This document shows positions 35,249-47,110 of a stretch of DNA of 64,000 bases, one piece after another; within the stretch, counting starts at the first letter, position 1, and every line of letters starts with the position of its first letter. The notes beneath the pieces were generated by a model. That model did not search any database and had not been told where the DNA came from. It saw nothing but the letters and a program-made list of their open reading frames with translations. The stretch comes from Diplonema japonicum (lineage: Eukaryota; Protista; Euglenozoa: Diplonemea), in NCBI GenBank assembly GCA_964019335.1, contig OZ025670.1:310001-374000 (forward strand), read 5' to 3'. A program made the position numbers and the translations under genes.

Positions 35249-35407
35249 ATTAGTAGGTCGAAATGCTCGTGCTAGTTTTTTTTTATTTTCCCCCCCCTTT
35301 GATTCCATCTAGCCTAATTCCACTGTTTTCATATTCTACAATCTTTTTTCTTATTTTTTATTACTACAATTGACTTGTCTTTCAAAAAAGAAATGTTTTT
35401 TTTTTTC

Positions 35408-35535
35408 TTACCTTATGCAACTTGTGCCGAGCAACAGAAAAATAAAATAAAAAACTTTAGCAGCTTTTTCTAAATTTATTTTTTTTACTCGTGCGAAACA
35501 AAACAAGAAAGACATAAGTCATAAAGGATTTTTTT
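35408..35535 (+). repeat. Dispersed non-coding element, copy 1
   Basis: ttaccttatgcaacYtgtgccgagca ... ctcgYgcgaa ... aaagacataRgtcaYaa shared with 58352-58436. Confidence 0.75.
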
Positions 35536-35699
35536 CTTGAGTCTCACTTGCCAACGTGGGTTTCTGTGATTAGTATTTCATTTCAGTTCACTTGGTTCCC
35601 GTTCTGGTTTATCTATCTTTGAAGTAGCGTGATATATTCCGAACCACCTTTATTCCGCAAAAATGACCACCACAGCTATATCCACACAAAACAAACACA

Positions 35700-37550
35700 A
35701 TGTCTGCCCAAATGATTGAAGTGCCGATGAAGTTCGAGCTTGTAAGGAACGGGGAAGTGGTGGAGACGCGGAGGACGCGCTTGGTGAACCCGTCGTTCGA
35801 GGCGGTGGCGGCAGTGGGGGCTGGATGGTCGAGGGGGAAGAGCACGACGCTGCAGTACGTGGACGACGAGGGGGACCTTGTGACGATGGACACTGAGGGG
35901 GAGTGGTGCGAGTGCATGCGCTTGTGGAGGAGCGGGGTGGCGAACAAGGCCCTCGTGGTTCGTCTGGTGCTCCCCTCTCTTGAGGGTGGGAAGGGTCGTG
36001 GTCCCTGCTGGTGGAGGAAGGCTGCCGAGAGGTGCAGGAGCAGATCCAGGAGCAGGAGCCGATCAGGGAGCAGGAGCCCTTGCAAGAGGCGCCAGAGTCC
36101 CTGCCGAAGGGGGTGGGGCTTCATGATGGAGAGCATCGATGCAGAGGAACCAGAGAAGGCACCAACTGCGTCTCAGGCTGTTGTGGTGGAGAAGATCCTG
36201 AAGAAGCTTCACGGAGAGGACACGATGGTGGCCCTTGCGAGCGGGACTGTTGACGCGAAGGCCCTCGGGTGCAAAGGGTGGCTTTCTGTGAAGGTTCTGG
36301 AGGACGGTGAAGTGGACCTGGACGTGAAGGTTCGGAAGCTGTACAACATGCTGCACCAGAAGGGCCTCGACTCCTTGCACTCGAAGGATGTTGAGGCTGT
36401 GGACTGGTTCACTCTGTGCACGGAGCTGGAGCCTTCTCGGTGTGTCGGTTGGTACAACCTTTCCTGTGCTCTGCTGGTGCTGCAGGTTCCCCTTCAGAAG
36501 GGAGAGGCGGAGAAGGAGCAGGTTGTGTCACAGGCTCTGGAGGCTTTGGAAGGGGCGGTGAAGAACGGCTACAGCAAGTGGCGCCACATGGCGACCGATC
36601 CTGACCTGGAGGAAGTGAGGAAGAACCCCAGGTTCCTTGCCCTCTTCCCCGAGAGGATCAGGGACAGGGTGGCGGCACGCCTTTCAGATGATGAGTCGCC
36701 TTTCTCCAAATGTGGTCGTGGACAGAGACGTGGACATGGGCACTGGCACGGACACGGACACAAACACGGACACCACGAAGGTCACGGTTGGGGTGGGATG
36801 CATGCCTTGAGAGGATTCATGGGTGGGATGTACCACCACCAACAACACTTGCAAAATCAGCAGCCCGCAACCCACTTCACAGCAGGAGAGCAATGCAAGG
36901 GGTGTGACTACATGACGACTGGTGTGGCACCTGGACACTGCTGCTGGGCTTGCATGAGTGGGACATCTCAGCACGGCCCCATGTGCATGAGGCAGCAGCA
37001 GCCTGAAAAGAAGGCCCACATGGATGTTGTGGAGGAAGCAGTTCAGGAGCAATGCAGTGGGTGTGGTATGTCGCTCCCTGAGGGGGTGGCTGGAATGTGT
37101 TGCAAGCAGTGTGTGAAGCACAATGGTGAACGCCACGGGCCACACTGCCCCCTTCACCCCCGGGAGTGCAAGAGGGGGAAGAAGGGGAAGAAGGAGAAGG
37201 AACAGGTTGTGACGGGGGTCCCGTGCAACGGTGGGTGCGGGTACGAGGCAAGGCTTGCTGCCGGTTTCTGCTGCAGGGTGTGTTTGAAGGGGAAGGGACA
37301 TGGGACGAAGTGTGAACTGAAGCCATTTGTTCTCGAGATGGAAATGATGGAACCCGTTCCTTCTCCCCTTGTGGAATCCTCGCCTCCTCCCACCTGGGAA
37401 CCTCTTCCTGAACCTGCGGAGGTGGAGTACGCACAACAGATCACCGCCCTGCAGGGGATGGGCTTCCCTGTCAACGAAACCGTGCTTGCCGCCCTGAAGG
37501 TCAACAACGGTGACCTTGCGAAGGTTGTGGACATGCTTCTTCTAAGCTGA
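35700..37550 (+). CDS. PB1-TPR-like-His/Gly-three Cys modules-UBA protein, copy E
   Basis: First ~1.1 kb essentially identical to copy C; Cys modules shared with B, D and A. Confidence 0.8.
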   Translation: MSAQMIEVPMKFELVRNGEVVETRRTRLVNPSFEAVAAVGAGWSRGKSTTLQYVDDEGDLVTMDTEGEWCECMRLWRSGVANKALVVRLVLPSLEGGKGRGPCWWRKAAERCRSRSRSRSRSGSRSPCKRRQSPCRRGWGFMMESIDAEEPEKAPTASQAVVVEKILKKLHGEDTMVALASGTVDAKALGCKGWLSVKVLEDGEVDLDVKVRKLYNMLHQKGLDSLHSKDVEAVDWFTLCTELEPSRCVGWYNLSCALLVLQVPLQKGEAEKEQVVSQALEALEGAVKNGYSKWRHMATDPDLEEVRKNPRFLALFPERIRDRVAARLSDDESPFSKCGRGQRRGHGHWHGHGHKHGHHEGHGWGGMHALRGFMGGMYHHQQHLQNQQPATHFTAGEQCKGCDYMTTGVAPGHCCWACMSGTSQHGPMCMRQQQPEKKAHMDVVEEAVQEQCSGCGMSLPEGVAGMCCKQCVKHNGERHGPHCPLHPRECKRGKKGKKEKEQVVTGVPCNGGCGYEARLAAGFCCRVCLKGKGHGTKCELKPFVLEMEMMEPVPSPLVESSPPPTWEPLPEPAEVEYAQQITALQGMGFPVNETVLAALKVNNGDLAKVVDMLLLS

Positions 37551-37854
37551 TTACACCTCCCGCCTCACTACTTCTTTCTACTCTAGCTCACGGTGACGAT
37601 GAAGGCATTTTTAGGTGGTGTTGTGATGAAGATGATGAATAAACGCCCGCAACTCACTTTAGTTTCTCTATCCTTTAACGTTGCTCTTAAATCTTTATTT
37701 TTTATCTCTTTTTTCTATTTCTTTTTATTTTTCTCTTCCATTGCCTCTTGTGTTGTGTCCACTTCCTCTCAACCCTCTACCCTAACCTTGAGTGACGTCT
37801 TATTCATTCCCTTCCTTCTCGAACTTCACACCACCAAGCTTCCGATCAAGAAAA

Positions 37855-38367
37855 ATGCCGAAGAACAAAGGAAAGGGAGGAAAGAACAGGAAGAGGGGCA
37901 CGAACAAGAACGAGCCTGAGAAGCGAGACCTGAACCTGAAGGAGGAAGGGCAGGAGTACGGGCAGGTGATCAAGATGCTCGGAAACGGGAGGCTGGAGGT
38001 GTACTGCTTCGATGGGACGAGGAGGCTGGGAGTGATCTGCGGGAAGATGAGGAAGAAGAGTTGGGTGAGCAACGGGGACATTGTGCTGGTGGGGCTGAGG
38101 GACTTCCAGGACAGCAAGTGTGACGTGATCATGAAGTACCTTCCTGACGAGGCGAAGCGTCTGCAGAAGATGAAGGAGATCCCGGAGCATGTGAAGCAGA
38201 ACGAGGACGAGGACACGAGGCCGGGTGACGACAACATCGTCTTCGAGCATGGCTCTGACGACTCGGACGATGACGAGTACCAGCCGCAGGGCAACGCACG
38301 CTACCAGCCCGGCGACTCCGATGAGGAGTCAGGCGAGCTCGAAGACTTCAACGTCGATGACATCTAG
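37855..38367 (+). CDS. EIF1A: Translation initiation factor eIF1A, copy 2
   Basis: Protein identical to copy 1. Confidence 0.95.
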   Translation: MPKNKGKGGKNRKRGTNKNEPEKRDLNLKEEGQEYGQVIKMLGNGRLEVYCFDGTRRLGVICGKMRKKSWVSNGDIVLVGLRDFQDSKCDVIMKYLPDEAKRLQKMKEIPEHVKQNEDEDTRPGDDNIVFEHGSDDSDDDEYQPQGNARYQPGDSDEESGELEDFNVDDI

Positions 38368-38781
38368 AGAGCCCTGGAGGTGCACACACACAACCTCAAC
38401 AACCCTTTGAAAACGATATCAACAGTAGTGTTTTTTTTTATTATTATTATTTTTTTCCCCTTTTATTTTTGTTGAAACCCCCCCCCACCCAATATTACTT
38501 TTTTTTCCATCAACTTTTTTTTTGAAGGCTGCCCATACTTGCCAGGAGGCCTCATCCCCCCCCGTTTTTTTTATAACCCATTCGTCCCCCCCCCACATTT
38601 TTATTGAACTCTACCCCAATTTTTTTTTTACCCCCCCACACCTCTTTGTTATTAAATAAAGTTGTTATGTGAATTTTGTTTACCCCGTAGATAACTTATA
38701 AAAAATAAAGGAGGGTGGTTGGTGTGGGGGGGGGGGTAAAAAAAGAAAGAAAAAAAAGAGAAAAAAATAAAGGGAAATAAA

Positions 38782-39693
38782 ATGAAGGAGGAAGAGTTCA
38801 AACCTCCCATCACGCGGTCAGACAACTGGACCGCAACCTCATTTTTCATTTTCGCGATGCTGGCAAATTGTTTCACGCTGAACTTCACACACGAGAGGAT
38901 GCCGGACCCGAAGCTGAACGCCCCATTGAGAGATGTGGGATTCGATATTATACCGATAGTTAGACTACAATGGGTATGTAAGAAAGAAAAAAAAAAAAAA
39001 AAAGAGAAAAAAATAGATCACGGATAGTATGTTAGGCTACTTCAACGTTGCTTGTATTGGATTGTGGCTTTACGCGCAATTTGTGGAGAACAACTTGCAG
39101 AGGGCGCGGGCGATGTGGTTGAAATATTTTGTATGATTGGGAAAAAAAAAAAAAAAAAAAACCACCCCAGATGGTCTGGGGCTACTGCATGATGATGCGT
39201 GCCTTAAGCATCTTCCTTACTTCTCTCCCCGCCACTGAAAACCACTGTCAAAACCCCAAGGAGATTACCAACATATGGTACAATACCATCATGGGCTTCG
39301 TCACCTTTGGGGGTAAGAATGTTCATTGTGGAGACCTTCTTTTCTCTGGGCACACCATCAACATTGTCAACGCGTTTTGGTACGTGTTCACCTATGGGAA
39401 AAGGTTTCCGGTTTTCATCGGGATGACCGGACTCTGCACCGCAATCTGTCTTTTCCTTATTATCGCATCACGATCGCACTACACCATTGGTATGAGAAGA
39501 ATGGGGAAAAAAAAAAAAAAAAAAAAAAAAAACAGACGTTTACATTGCATTCTGCATCACCACCCTCACCTCAGCAGCCACACCTGAAACCATCCCTCCC
39601 GCTCTGCAACCTGTGTCTTCTATGTGGGCAAAGGTGGTGAACAACAACGATATTCCCCCAAAGCGGAAGTGCGATGGAGGTGCATTGGTTTAA
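38782..39693 (+). CDS. Sphingomyelin/IPC synthase-family (PAP2-like) membrane protein; introns 38974-39016, 39131-39170, 39490-39535
   Basis: PLRDVGFD; CGDLLFSGHT; SRSHYTIDV formed across a splice junction. Confidence 0.85.
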
Positions 39694-39695
39694 GG

Positions 39696-39732
<37 letters not shown>

Positions 39733-40254
39733 GAAAGGGTACTTATAGAGGGGTGGGAACGAAGAAGAAAGAAAACAAATCCGGTTTACAAAATTGCTTT
39801 TTTTCTTTTTTTTTTTTTCTTCTTTTTTTTTCTTGCGGCCCGATCTTGATTCTTAGGATCCACAGTTCACGGTGGGCACCAACCAGCGCACCCGCAAAAA
39901 TAAAAATAAAAAAATAGATCGGTGGTTTCTTCCCCCCCCCCCCCCCCCCCCCCTCCCACCACCTTTTCCCTGTCTTCCAAAACGGCCTATCTGTAAGATT
40001 TTTTTTTGTTTCCTCTTCTTTCGTTTTTTTCTTTTTTTACGTCCCATATTATCAGTCAGAAAAAAAAAAGGGAAAGTACAAATAGCTCAAAAAGGACGGG
40101 TGGAGGGGGAGGGAGTTTTCTTTTTTTTTTTCTCTTTTCCGTCTCGGTTTTTCTCACCCCCTTTTTTTTTCCAAAAAACCCCAATGGAGTAAGGGGGAGG
40201 GAGGGGAGGAACGAACGGCAAAAAAAAAAAAAAAAAAAAAAAAACGTCAATACA

Positions 40255-40920
40255 ATGATGTACAACGGTCAGTGTTACACAAGCTTCCCAGCGCCACCAC
40301 AAGGGTTACCGACCTTGGAGCAACCCAAGGTAAAAAAACTGTCTCCTCAAGACACTGATGCGTGTCTAAAACGGTTGGCCTCTAAAAAGAACAGACGGAC
40401 AAGCTTGGAGCCACTGATAACCCCCAGGTACAGGACGAAAGGAGAAATCGACGCCACCAACTCGAGGCTTTATGCTGACGAGGTGAAAAAACGGCAGAAT
40501 CGACAAGCAAGGATAGAGGAGAGACTTAACGCCAGCGAAAAGAGTTGCAAAACAATGGAAGTTTCTTTCATCACAGAATCCGTCGAACGCCTTTACAAGC
40601 AAGGCCAACAGCACCAGAAGGACATCTCCACAAAGCTTGAGAACAAGTACAATGCAAAGGCCCTCGTGAAGCCTATCAACATAGATGACGTGAAGGCCTT
40701 GAACGAGCGTTTCTACGCTTCGCGAAAGGACACACAAAAAGAGAACATCGATAGGCTCGTGCAAAAGTATGTCTACGACCAGGAGACACCTAGAAAAGTG
40801 GTGACAAAGGAGCAACAGGTATGGTGGGGGAAAAAAAAAGGGGAAAAAAAAAAACGCCCCCCCCCTTTTTTTTCTTTTGAATAGAATGCAACCGTAGCGA
40901 GATTGTCGGCGAGAAATTGA
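40255..40920 (+). CDS. Hypothetical protein with repeated (S/E)RLY helical motifs; intron 40819-40884
   Basis: SRLY, ERLY and ERFY repeats; short last exon NATVARLSARN-stop. Confidence 0.6.
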
Positions 40921-41074
40921 AAGGAAAAAAAAGAAAAAGAAAAAAAAAAAAAAAAAAAACAGTTACCCCCTATTTATTTAGCTTTTTTTTTTATCCCTTA
41001 CACGGGAGAAAAAAAAAATCGCGAAAAAAGGGTTATTAAAAAAGGAGAAAAGGTTAAAAAAAAAAAAAGTAAGA

Positions 41075-41731
41075 ATGTGTCACATGGCCAGAACACTGCT
41101 CATCGCCTCGCTGAGCATCTATGCTGCAACAGGGGAAGGGCGGGAGGGACAGGACGAGAAGGTGCTGAGAAGCTTTACAAAGTACAGCTGCAAGAAGCAC
41201 ATCGACTACCTAGACGGATTCGGGAAGGAGGCGAAAGCGAACAAATGCAATTTCAGGGAAATCGAGGTTTTAGGAGGTGGGGTAGACATCGTACAAGGCT
41301 CAGACGGGGAGGTGGGAGCCAGAGTGAAGCTTAACGGTGTGATCGGCGAAGATGGGTTCGCAGGGGGCTATGAGATAGTGATGGAGCACGACGACACCGA
41401 AGAAACATACGAAGTCCGGGAGACGGACCCCGAAAGAGAGGGGAAGGGCGTCTCATTCTGCAAATCCTTCTTCCAGACTGAAGACGGCAGCGATGCTTGC
41501 CTTGCACACACACCCGACTCGACTTGGAAGGGCTCGCATTTCGTGCCCATTCCCAGCCCGGAGGAAGGTTGGTACACAGCCAACTTCTACATCCACGCTG
41601 ACTCAGGCAGTGTAATCGGGAAGATCAGCTTCGACTTTAAAATCTCAGCTGCCACCATGGGAAAGATCCGTAAAGCACAACAATTGGACTCCGGAGCTCG
41701 CAACTCAAATGGCACAGATACCGAACTGTAG
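41075..41731 (+). CDS. Secretory-pathway protein, probable ER resident
   Basis: Signal peptide; C-terminal DTEL, resembling a KDEL-type retention signal. Confidence 0.6.
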   Translation: MCHMARTLLIASLSIYAATGEGREGQDEKVLRSFTKYSCKKHIDYLDGFGKEAKANKCNFREIEVLGGGVDIVQGSDGEVGARVKLNGVIGEDGFAGGYEIVMEHDDTEETYEVRETDPEREGKGVSFCKSFFQTEDGSDACLAHTPDSTWKGSHFVPIPSPEEGWYTANFYIHADSGSVIGKISFDFKISAATMGKIRKAQQLDSGARNSNGTDTEL

Positions 41732-42004
41732 CCATTTTGTAACGGGGGGGGGGGGGGGGGGGGGGGGAAGCTAACTTTTCTTTTCTTTTTTAAAAGATTT
41801 CCCTTTTTCTTATTTTTGGGACAACTTCCAGACGTGTCTCAAAAAAAAAGAGAAAATGAAGGGGGAAGGAAAAAAAAAAAGTAAGAATCTCTCTATCTCT
41901 TTTCATTTTGATGTTCTCATCTTGGTATTAAAAAAAAAAAGAGAAACCATTTCTTTTTCTAATCCACAGCCGCAGAGGGGGGGCAGGGGGGAGGGTGGAG
42001 CACA

Positions 42005-45000
42005 ATGCAAGTACGGATAATCGGCTCGGCAGAGATGGTGCACAAGTCAGGCCTTGCCGACGGGCCCTTGTGGACGGTAGACCCTGAGAAACCGATAGGC
42101 GACGAAGCCCAGATCGACGAGCTGCGAAGGATGTTCGGCGTGCCCGGTGTACGGCTGTGGAACGTGGCCAACGGCATGCGAAGCGACGAGATCATGCAAG
42201 GCAGGACCCCTGCTCAGAACGCCATGACGAACCAGCTGTGGGTGGAGCCTCACAGCGAAGGCACCATGCACCCTACTGCAATGCTTCCCATGCATCCCGC
42301 TTTGGGAGGCTTTCGCCACCCTCATATGGTGTTCATACGAGTGGTGTCAAAATGGACTCAAAGAGGCCAACGGAAGCATAGGGTGTTGCTGCTAACTACG
42401 AAGTCTATCTACTTTGCGCACCCTGAAGGCCACACGTCTAGATGGCTGCGCTTCGCCGAGCTCATCGAAGCGATCATCCTCCCTGATGGTGAGGGTGACA
42501 TCGTTCTGCTCAAGAACGTCGCTCCCGAGCATGATCTTATGTTCCAGCTCATCGACCACCACCACAACCTCCCTTTGCACACCACCTCTGCCGAGCTGGC
42601 GTTTATCCTTAACAAGTCAGGCGTTAAGATTGTCCCTTGGACAGGTACTTCCGCAGAGCTTCAGAACCAAGCCCGTCTCATGAAGCAGAAAGGTTACATC
42701 AACCCTCTCAACAAACTTCGCGCCCTTCAAAAGGCCCCTCTCACATCCATCTCCGCCTCCCCTGACCGCTTCTCCTCCCGTCGCCAGTCTGCCCTCTCTC
42801 CTTACCTCGCAGAGCGAGACAGGGAAAGGGGAGAAGAACAGTTGCGAGAAGAAGAAATTGAGCGAGGACGTCTGCAGGAAAGAGAATGGGAAAGAGAACG
42901 AGAAGTGGAAAGGGAAAGAGAAAGGGAAAGGGAACGAGAGGAACAGCAGAGTCCAATCAAAGAGCTCATCGAGAAACAGGAAGGAGAGATCAACTCGTTG
43001 AAGGAGAACTTCGAAGTGTTGAAGGAGTCGGAGAACGAGAAGCGGCATAACATGCAAACCGAGATGGATAAGTTAAAGCAACAAAACCTGGACCTGGCTA
43101 AGACGGTGCTGGCGTCAGCCTCGGCAGCGTTGGGGGGTGGGCTCACTGCGTCGCCGCCAATAATGCCGCAGAGGCAGTACGAGCAGCCTGTGCAGGTGCC
43201 GGTGTTACCGCTTCCCATCAGCTTTCAGGGACTTTCGTCGCCTGCTGCTCCGGAGCCCGTGCGAGGGATTAAGAAAGCTGCCTTCGTGATGGTGAGCCAC
43301 TCTGGTGAGCTGCAGGGTGTCGTGTCGTCATTCAACGCTGTGCATAGCTTTGTGTCTGCTCTTGGCACGCAGAGCACCCGCATGCTGCGTGATGACGGTT
43401 TTGATTTAACATGTGAGACGCCAACCAAACCCAACATACTGGCAGCCATCAACTGGCTTGTGGAGAACCTTCGCACTGGCGAGGCAGTCATGCTTGCTCT
43501 CCTGTGCCCCAGCAAGAACGATGCATGGGTCGCAGCAGACAACAATGTCATCACCATCGACGAGATCCACGCCCACCTCCTCTCTCGCATCCCGCAGGGT
43601 GCGAAGCTCACCATCCTTGTTGACACCCTCCCATCCTCGCCCGGCCCTTCTCTGCAGTTCGGGCTCATGAAGACAAGTTCTTCTGTCCAGACTCTCACGA
43701 AGAACAGCGGCGACAAGGTGTACAATGTTCTTGGAGACGTCACCGTGCTAGGAGGGGCTGCAGACTCCAATCAGAAGATCAGTTCTGGCCAGCTTGCTGG
43801 TATTTTGTCACAGGCCTACGTCAAAGCGATGATGAAACTGCCTATGTCGTGTGAGGCTCTTCTTACCACTGTGTACCACACGCTGTGTGAAGGGGCACCG
43901 TCGCCCATCTTTCCAGTGCTGATGTCGAATATGAGGCCGCGGCCTGAAGGGGCTGTCACGCTGACGTGCCCTCCGACGTCGCCGGAAGCGCCGCCATCGC
44001 CTTCGCCCATGCAGGACCATGCATTGCCTCCGAAACAACTGCAAGCATCCCTCCCACAGCTCCCAGTGCCGTTGATGGGCCCGTTTGTTGCAGTGAACTC
44101 TCGCTGCACGGTCGAGCCACCACCGCTACAATCACAGGTATACATACACATACATAGCCAGCCACACGTCACAGGACCCTGAGTACTGGCGGAACATGGT
44201 GTGCCATGCATTCCTCGTCCCGACTGCTTTCAATGCACCGCACGTCTCCGTGAGCTCTTCGCATTCTGGGAAGGTAACAAACCAAATATAAAAACCCCCC
44301 AAAAAAAATAGGAACTCCGCCTGAATAAAGACTACGTGTCTGCCTTCGTGCAGCAGTGGCCCTTGAAGCACAGTCTGGTCATCACAGTCAACATGACAGG
44401 GACGGTTGGGTATGGGCTATCTTTTTGACACTCGAAACCCTTATGACAGGCAAACGGAAGTGAGACGGAGGTTCCAAGCATCAGAAGCGGTGTGGCAGCA
44501 CATCAAGCTGAAAATCAACGAGCTTTTGGGGCAGCGCGCAGTACAAAGATTGATGTACCCGCACTCGAAGTATGGCGACAACATTTCTCAAAAAAAAAAA
44601 AAAAAAAAAAAGGGACGCAAAGCGAACGGATAATTTCTACATTGTGGTGGAAGGGTGTGTGGTGCCGGAGGAGCCGATTTCGTGCAACGACGAAGATTGG
44701 CTGCAGGCGGTGCTGAGCTGGGAAGTGGACAACGGCTTCAGCTTCACAAAGACTTCATTACCGGTTCCTTTGATGCCGCCCTTTGAACTGGACGAGGTGA
44801 GGAACGGCGACCCTTACGACGCGAAGGTGGTGGAGTACCTAAAGGCCGAGCTATCTGGTGAGAATGAGACTGCTGCAAAGTCTGTCTCCTTTCAGTACGA
44901 CAGCGATCTTATAAGGAACTTGATGTTTCATGCGCGGCTGATGCCCACCGCAAGGCAACCCCCTTTCTTTGTTGTTGAGGACTCACAGATGTCACACCCT

Positions 45001-45453
45001 GTTATGGTGAACCAGCAGTTCCTTATGAAATACGTAAAAGCATGGGGGGAGATCAACCCCCACCTCATCTGGGTCCACAATGCCGATACCTGCACGCTTA
45101 TAGCAAAATGTCGAGTCACACCTGAGTTTTGGAGATTTTGCTGTACTCGCGGTTCTGCGCTTCAGGCTACGATGGGTGATGGGAACGTCCTGTCTACTAA
45201 AGATGCGAATGGGAAGGCCGTTTGTCGTCTTGCTATGCACAAGCTTGCTATTACTTCCTCCTCCACTCCCGAGACTCTTCAGCTCTGGGATGGTGTTTGG
45301 TGTACCGTTGTCGCTGAATGGCAGGCTAACCTTCCAAGAGCCGATCTTCCTTGGTCACCATCTAGAACCATGCGCCGAACGTCCCCTCCGCAAGCACCCT
45401 ACTCCCCTCTCCCTCCTCCGGGCCCTTTCACACCGGGCACTTACAATTTTTAG
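42005..45453 (+). CDS. Multidomain protein: PH-like domain, ER/EK-rich coil, degenerate metacaspase-like domain and C-terminal domain; introns 44138-44174, 44274-44311, 44410-44449, 44570-44612
   Basis: PTKPNILAAINWLV...G...LLSRIPQGAKLTILVD matches the type I metacaspase p20 pattern; spliced frame is continuous to 45453. Confidence 0.65.
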
Positions 45454-45827
45454 TTGTTCTTTTTTTTTTGTACCTTGTATGTCACTTTTTCTTTTGTTTT
45501 GTTTTCTCTTTCCGTTCGTTGTAAAGGCAACAAAAAAAAAAAAAAAAAAAAAAAAAAGAGGGAAATGATTGGATTTTTTATACTTAACGTTCTTGCCTTT
45601 CAAAAAAAAAAAATTAAGGAAAGGAAAAAAAAGAAATTTGTTTTGTTACGGCCTGCAGCTCTCGCGCGGAGTTTGCATGTGACATCGACTTTGTTTTTTT
45701 TTTTGCCTGCCGTTGTTGTTTTTTTTTTTTTTTTTCTCTTTCTTTTTCTGTTTCTTTTTTTTTTTTGTGCTTTTGTTTTTGCAATTTGAAAAAACCTTCA
45801 AACAACAGCGACACACACACGCGGATA

Positions 45828-46701
45828 ATGGCAAGGAAAAATTGCCAAATGCCAACCGGCAGGATAGAATTGGTGAATTGGCTAAACGACTTCCTCGAAG
45901 TCGAACTGACAAAGGTGGAGCAGTGCAGCGACGGGATCGCATACGCGCAGATAATAGATTGCGCCTCCGGGCTGAGAATACCGCTGTACAAATTTAACTT
46001 CGCGGCGAGGAACGAAGACGATTACGCAAGGAACCTGAACCTCCTACAAGTGGAGTTCAAAAAACTTTCCATCGAGCACCCTGTCCCGGTGGACAAGCTG
46101 AAAAAAGGGAGGTTCCAAGACAACAACGAATTCCTACAATGGTGCTTCGCGTACTTACACAACTGTGTCGATGAGCCATTGGGGAACTACGATGCTGCAC
46201 TTCGCCGACAGGAAGCTCTACAGCGACAAGTGCGCAGCAGAACACGCGGAATGTTCCCACCTCCTTGTATCAAGCCAGAACTAGCTTGTGGTGTTGATTT
46301 AGAGGCACCCATACCCCCTCCTCGCAGTAGTGGTACTACTGCAGGGCCTTCCCACTACGACCCTGGTACTGCTTACTCATCTCATCGGAGCCTTGGTGTT
46401 GAAGAACCTGATGCCGACCTCCTCATGCTTAGCACCGCACTCGCAGATGATTTATACCAGGAGCGGCTTAACCAAGCGCGGCGGAAAAAGGGGTTGGAAC
46501 GACTTGCGAAAGAGCGCAATGCAATGTGGCAGCAGCTTCGCACTGTATGTTTTTTTTTTTTTTTTTTTTTTCTTTTTTTTTCTTTCTTCGTTGTTGTTAT
46601 CATCTCAACAGATTGAAGAGCTGCTAGGCAATCTCATGAACAGCGAGTCGACAAACGTGATCAGCGAAATATTATTCGAACAAGACACAAGGCTGTCTTG
46701 A
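45828..46701 (+). CDS. EB1/MAPRE-like calponin-homology protein; intron 46545-46611
   Basis: GRIELVNWLN...TKVEQCSDGIAYAQI...PVDKLKKGRFQDNNEFLQW. Confidence 0.8.
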
Positions 46702-47110
46702 CCCCCCCCACCGTTCGCACAGGTCAGAAGTTCCTTAGTGTCCACAATAGGTTCCTATTAGGGATTCTTCTTAGCTTCATATTTGAGGCCGCCCAGCCCA
46801 GTGAACTGCCGCTGTTAGTGCGGTGCGCGTGCTCGTGCAGTTTTTGCATGCTAAGGGGCTGAAATTCGTCTAAAACAACAGCTTTTTTTGTGGAATTCTT
46901 GGGTCATAAGTTGAAAAAAGAAATGCCATTGTGGACAGCTTCTGCCCCCCCCCCCCCCCCCCCTTCATTAGAGTCAACTTCTTTTTTTTACAATATATGT
47001 TGTTGTTTTGTTCCGATGTTATTATTTCACTTAAGATTTTTCACTGCACACCTAAAACACCATCAGGTTAACCTTTGTTTTTTTCTTCCTCCACCGGAAA
47101 CCCGAAGAGA

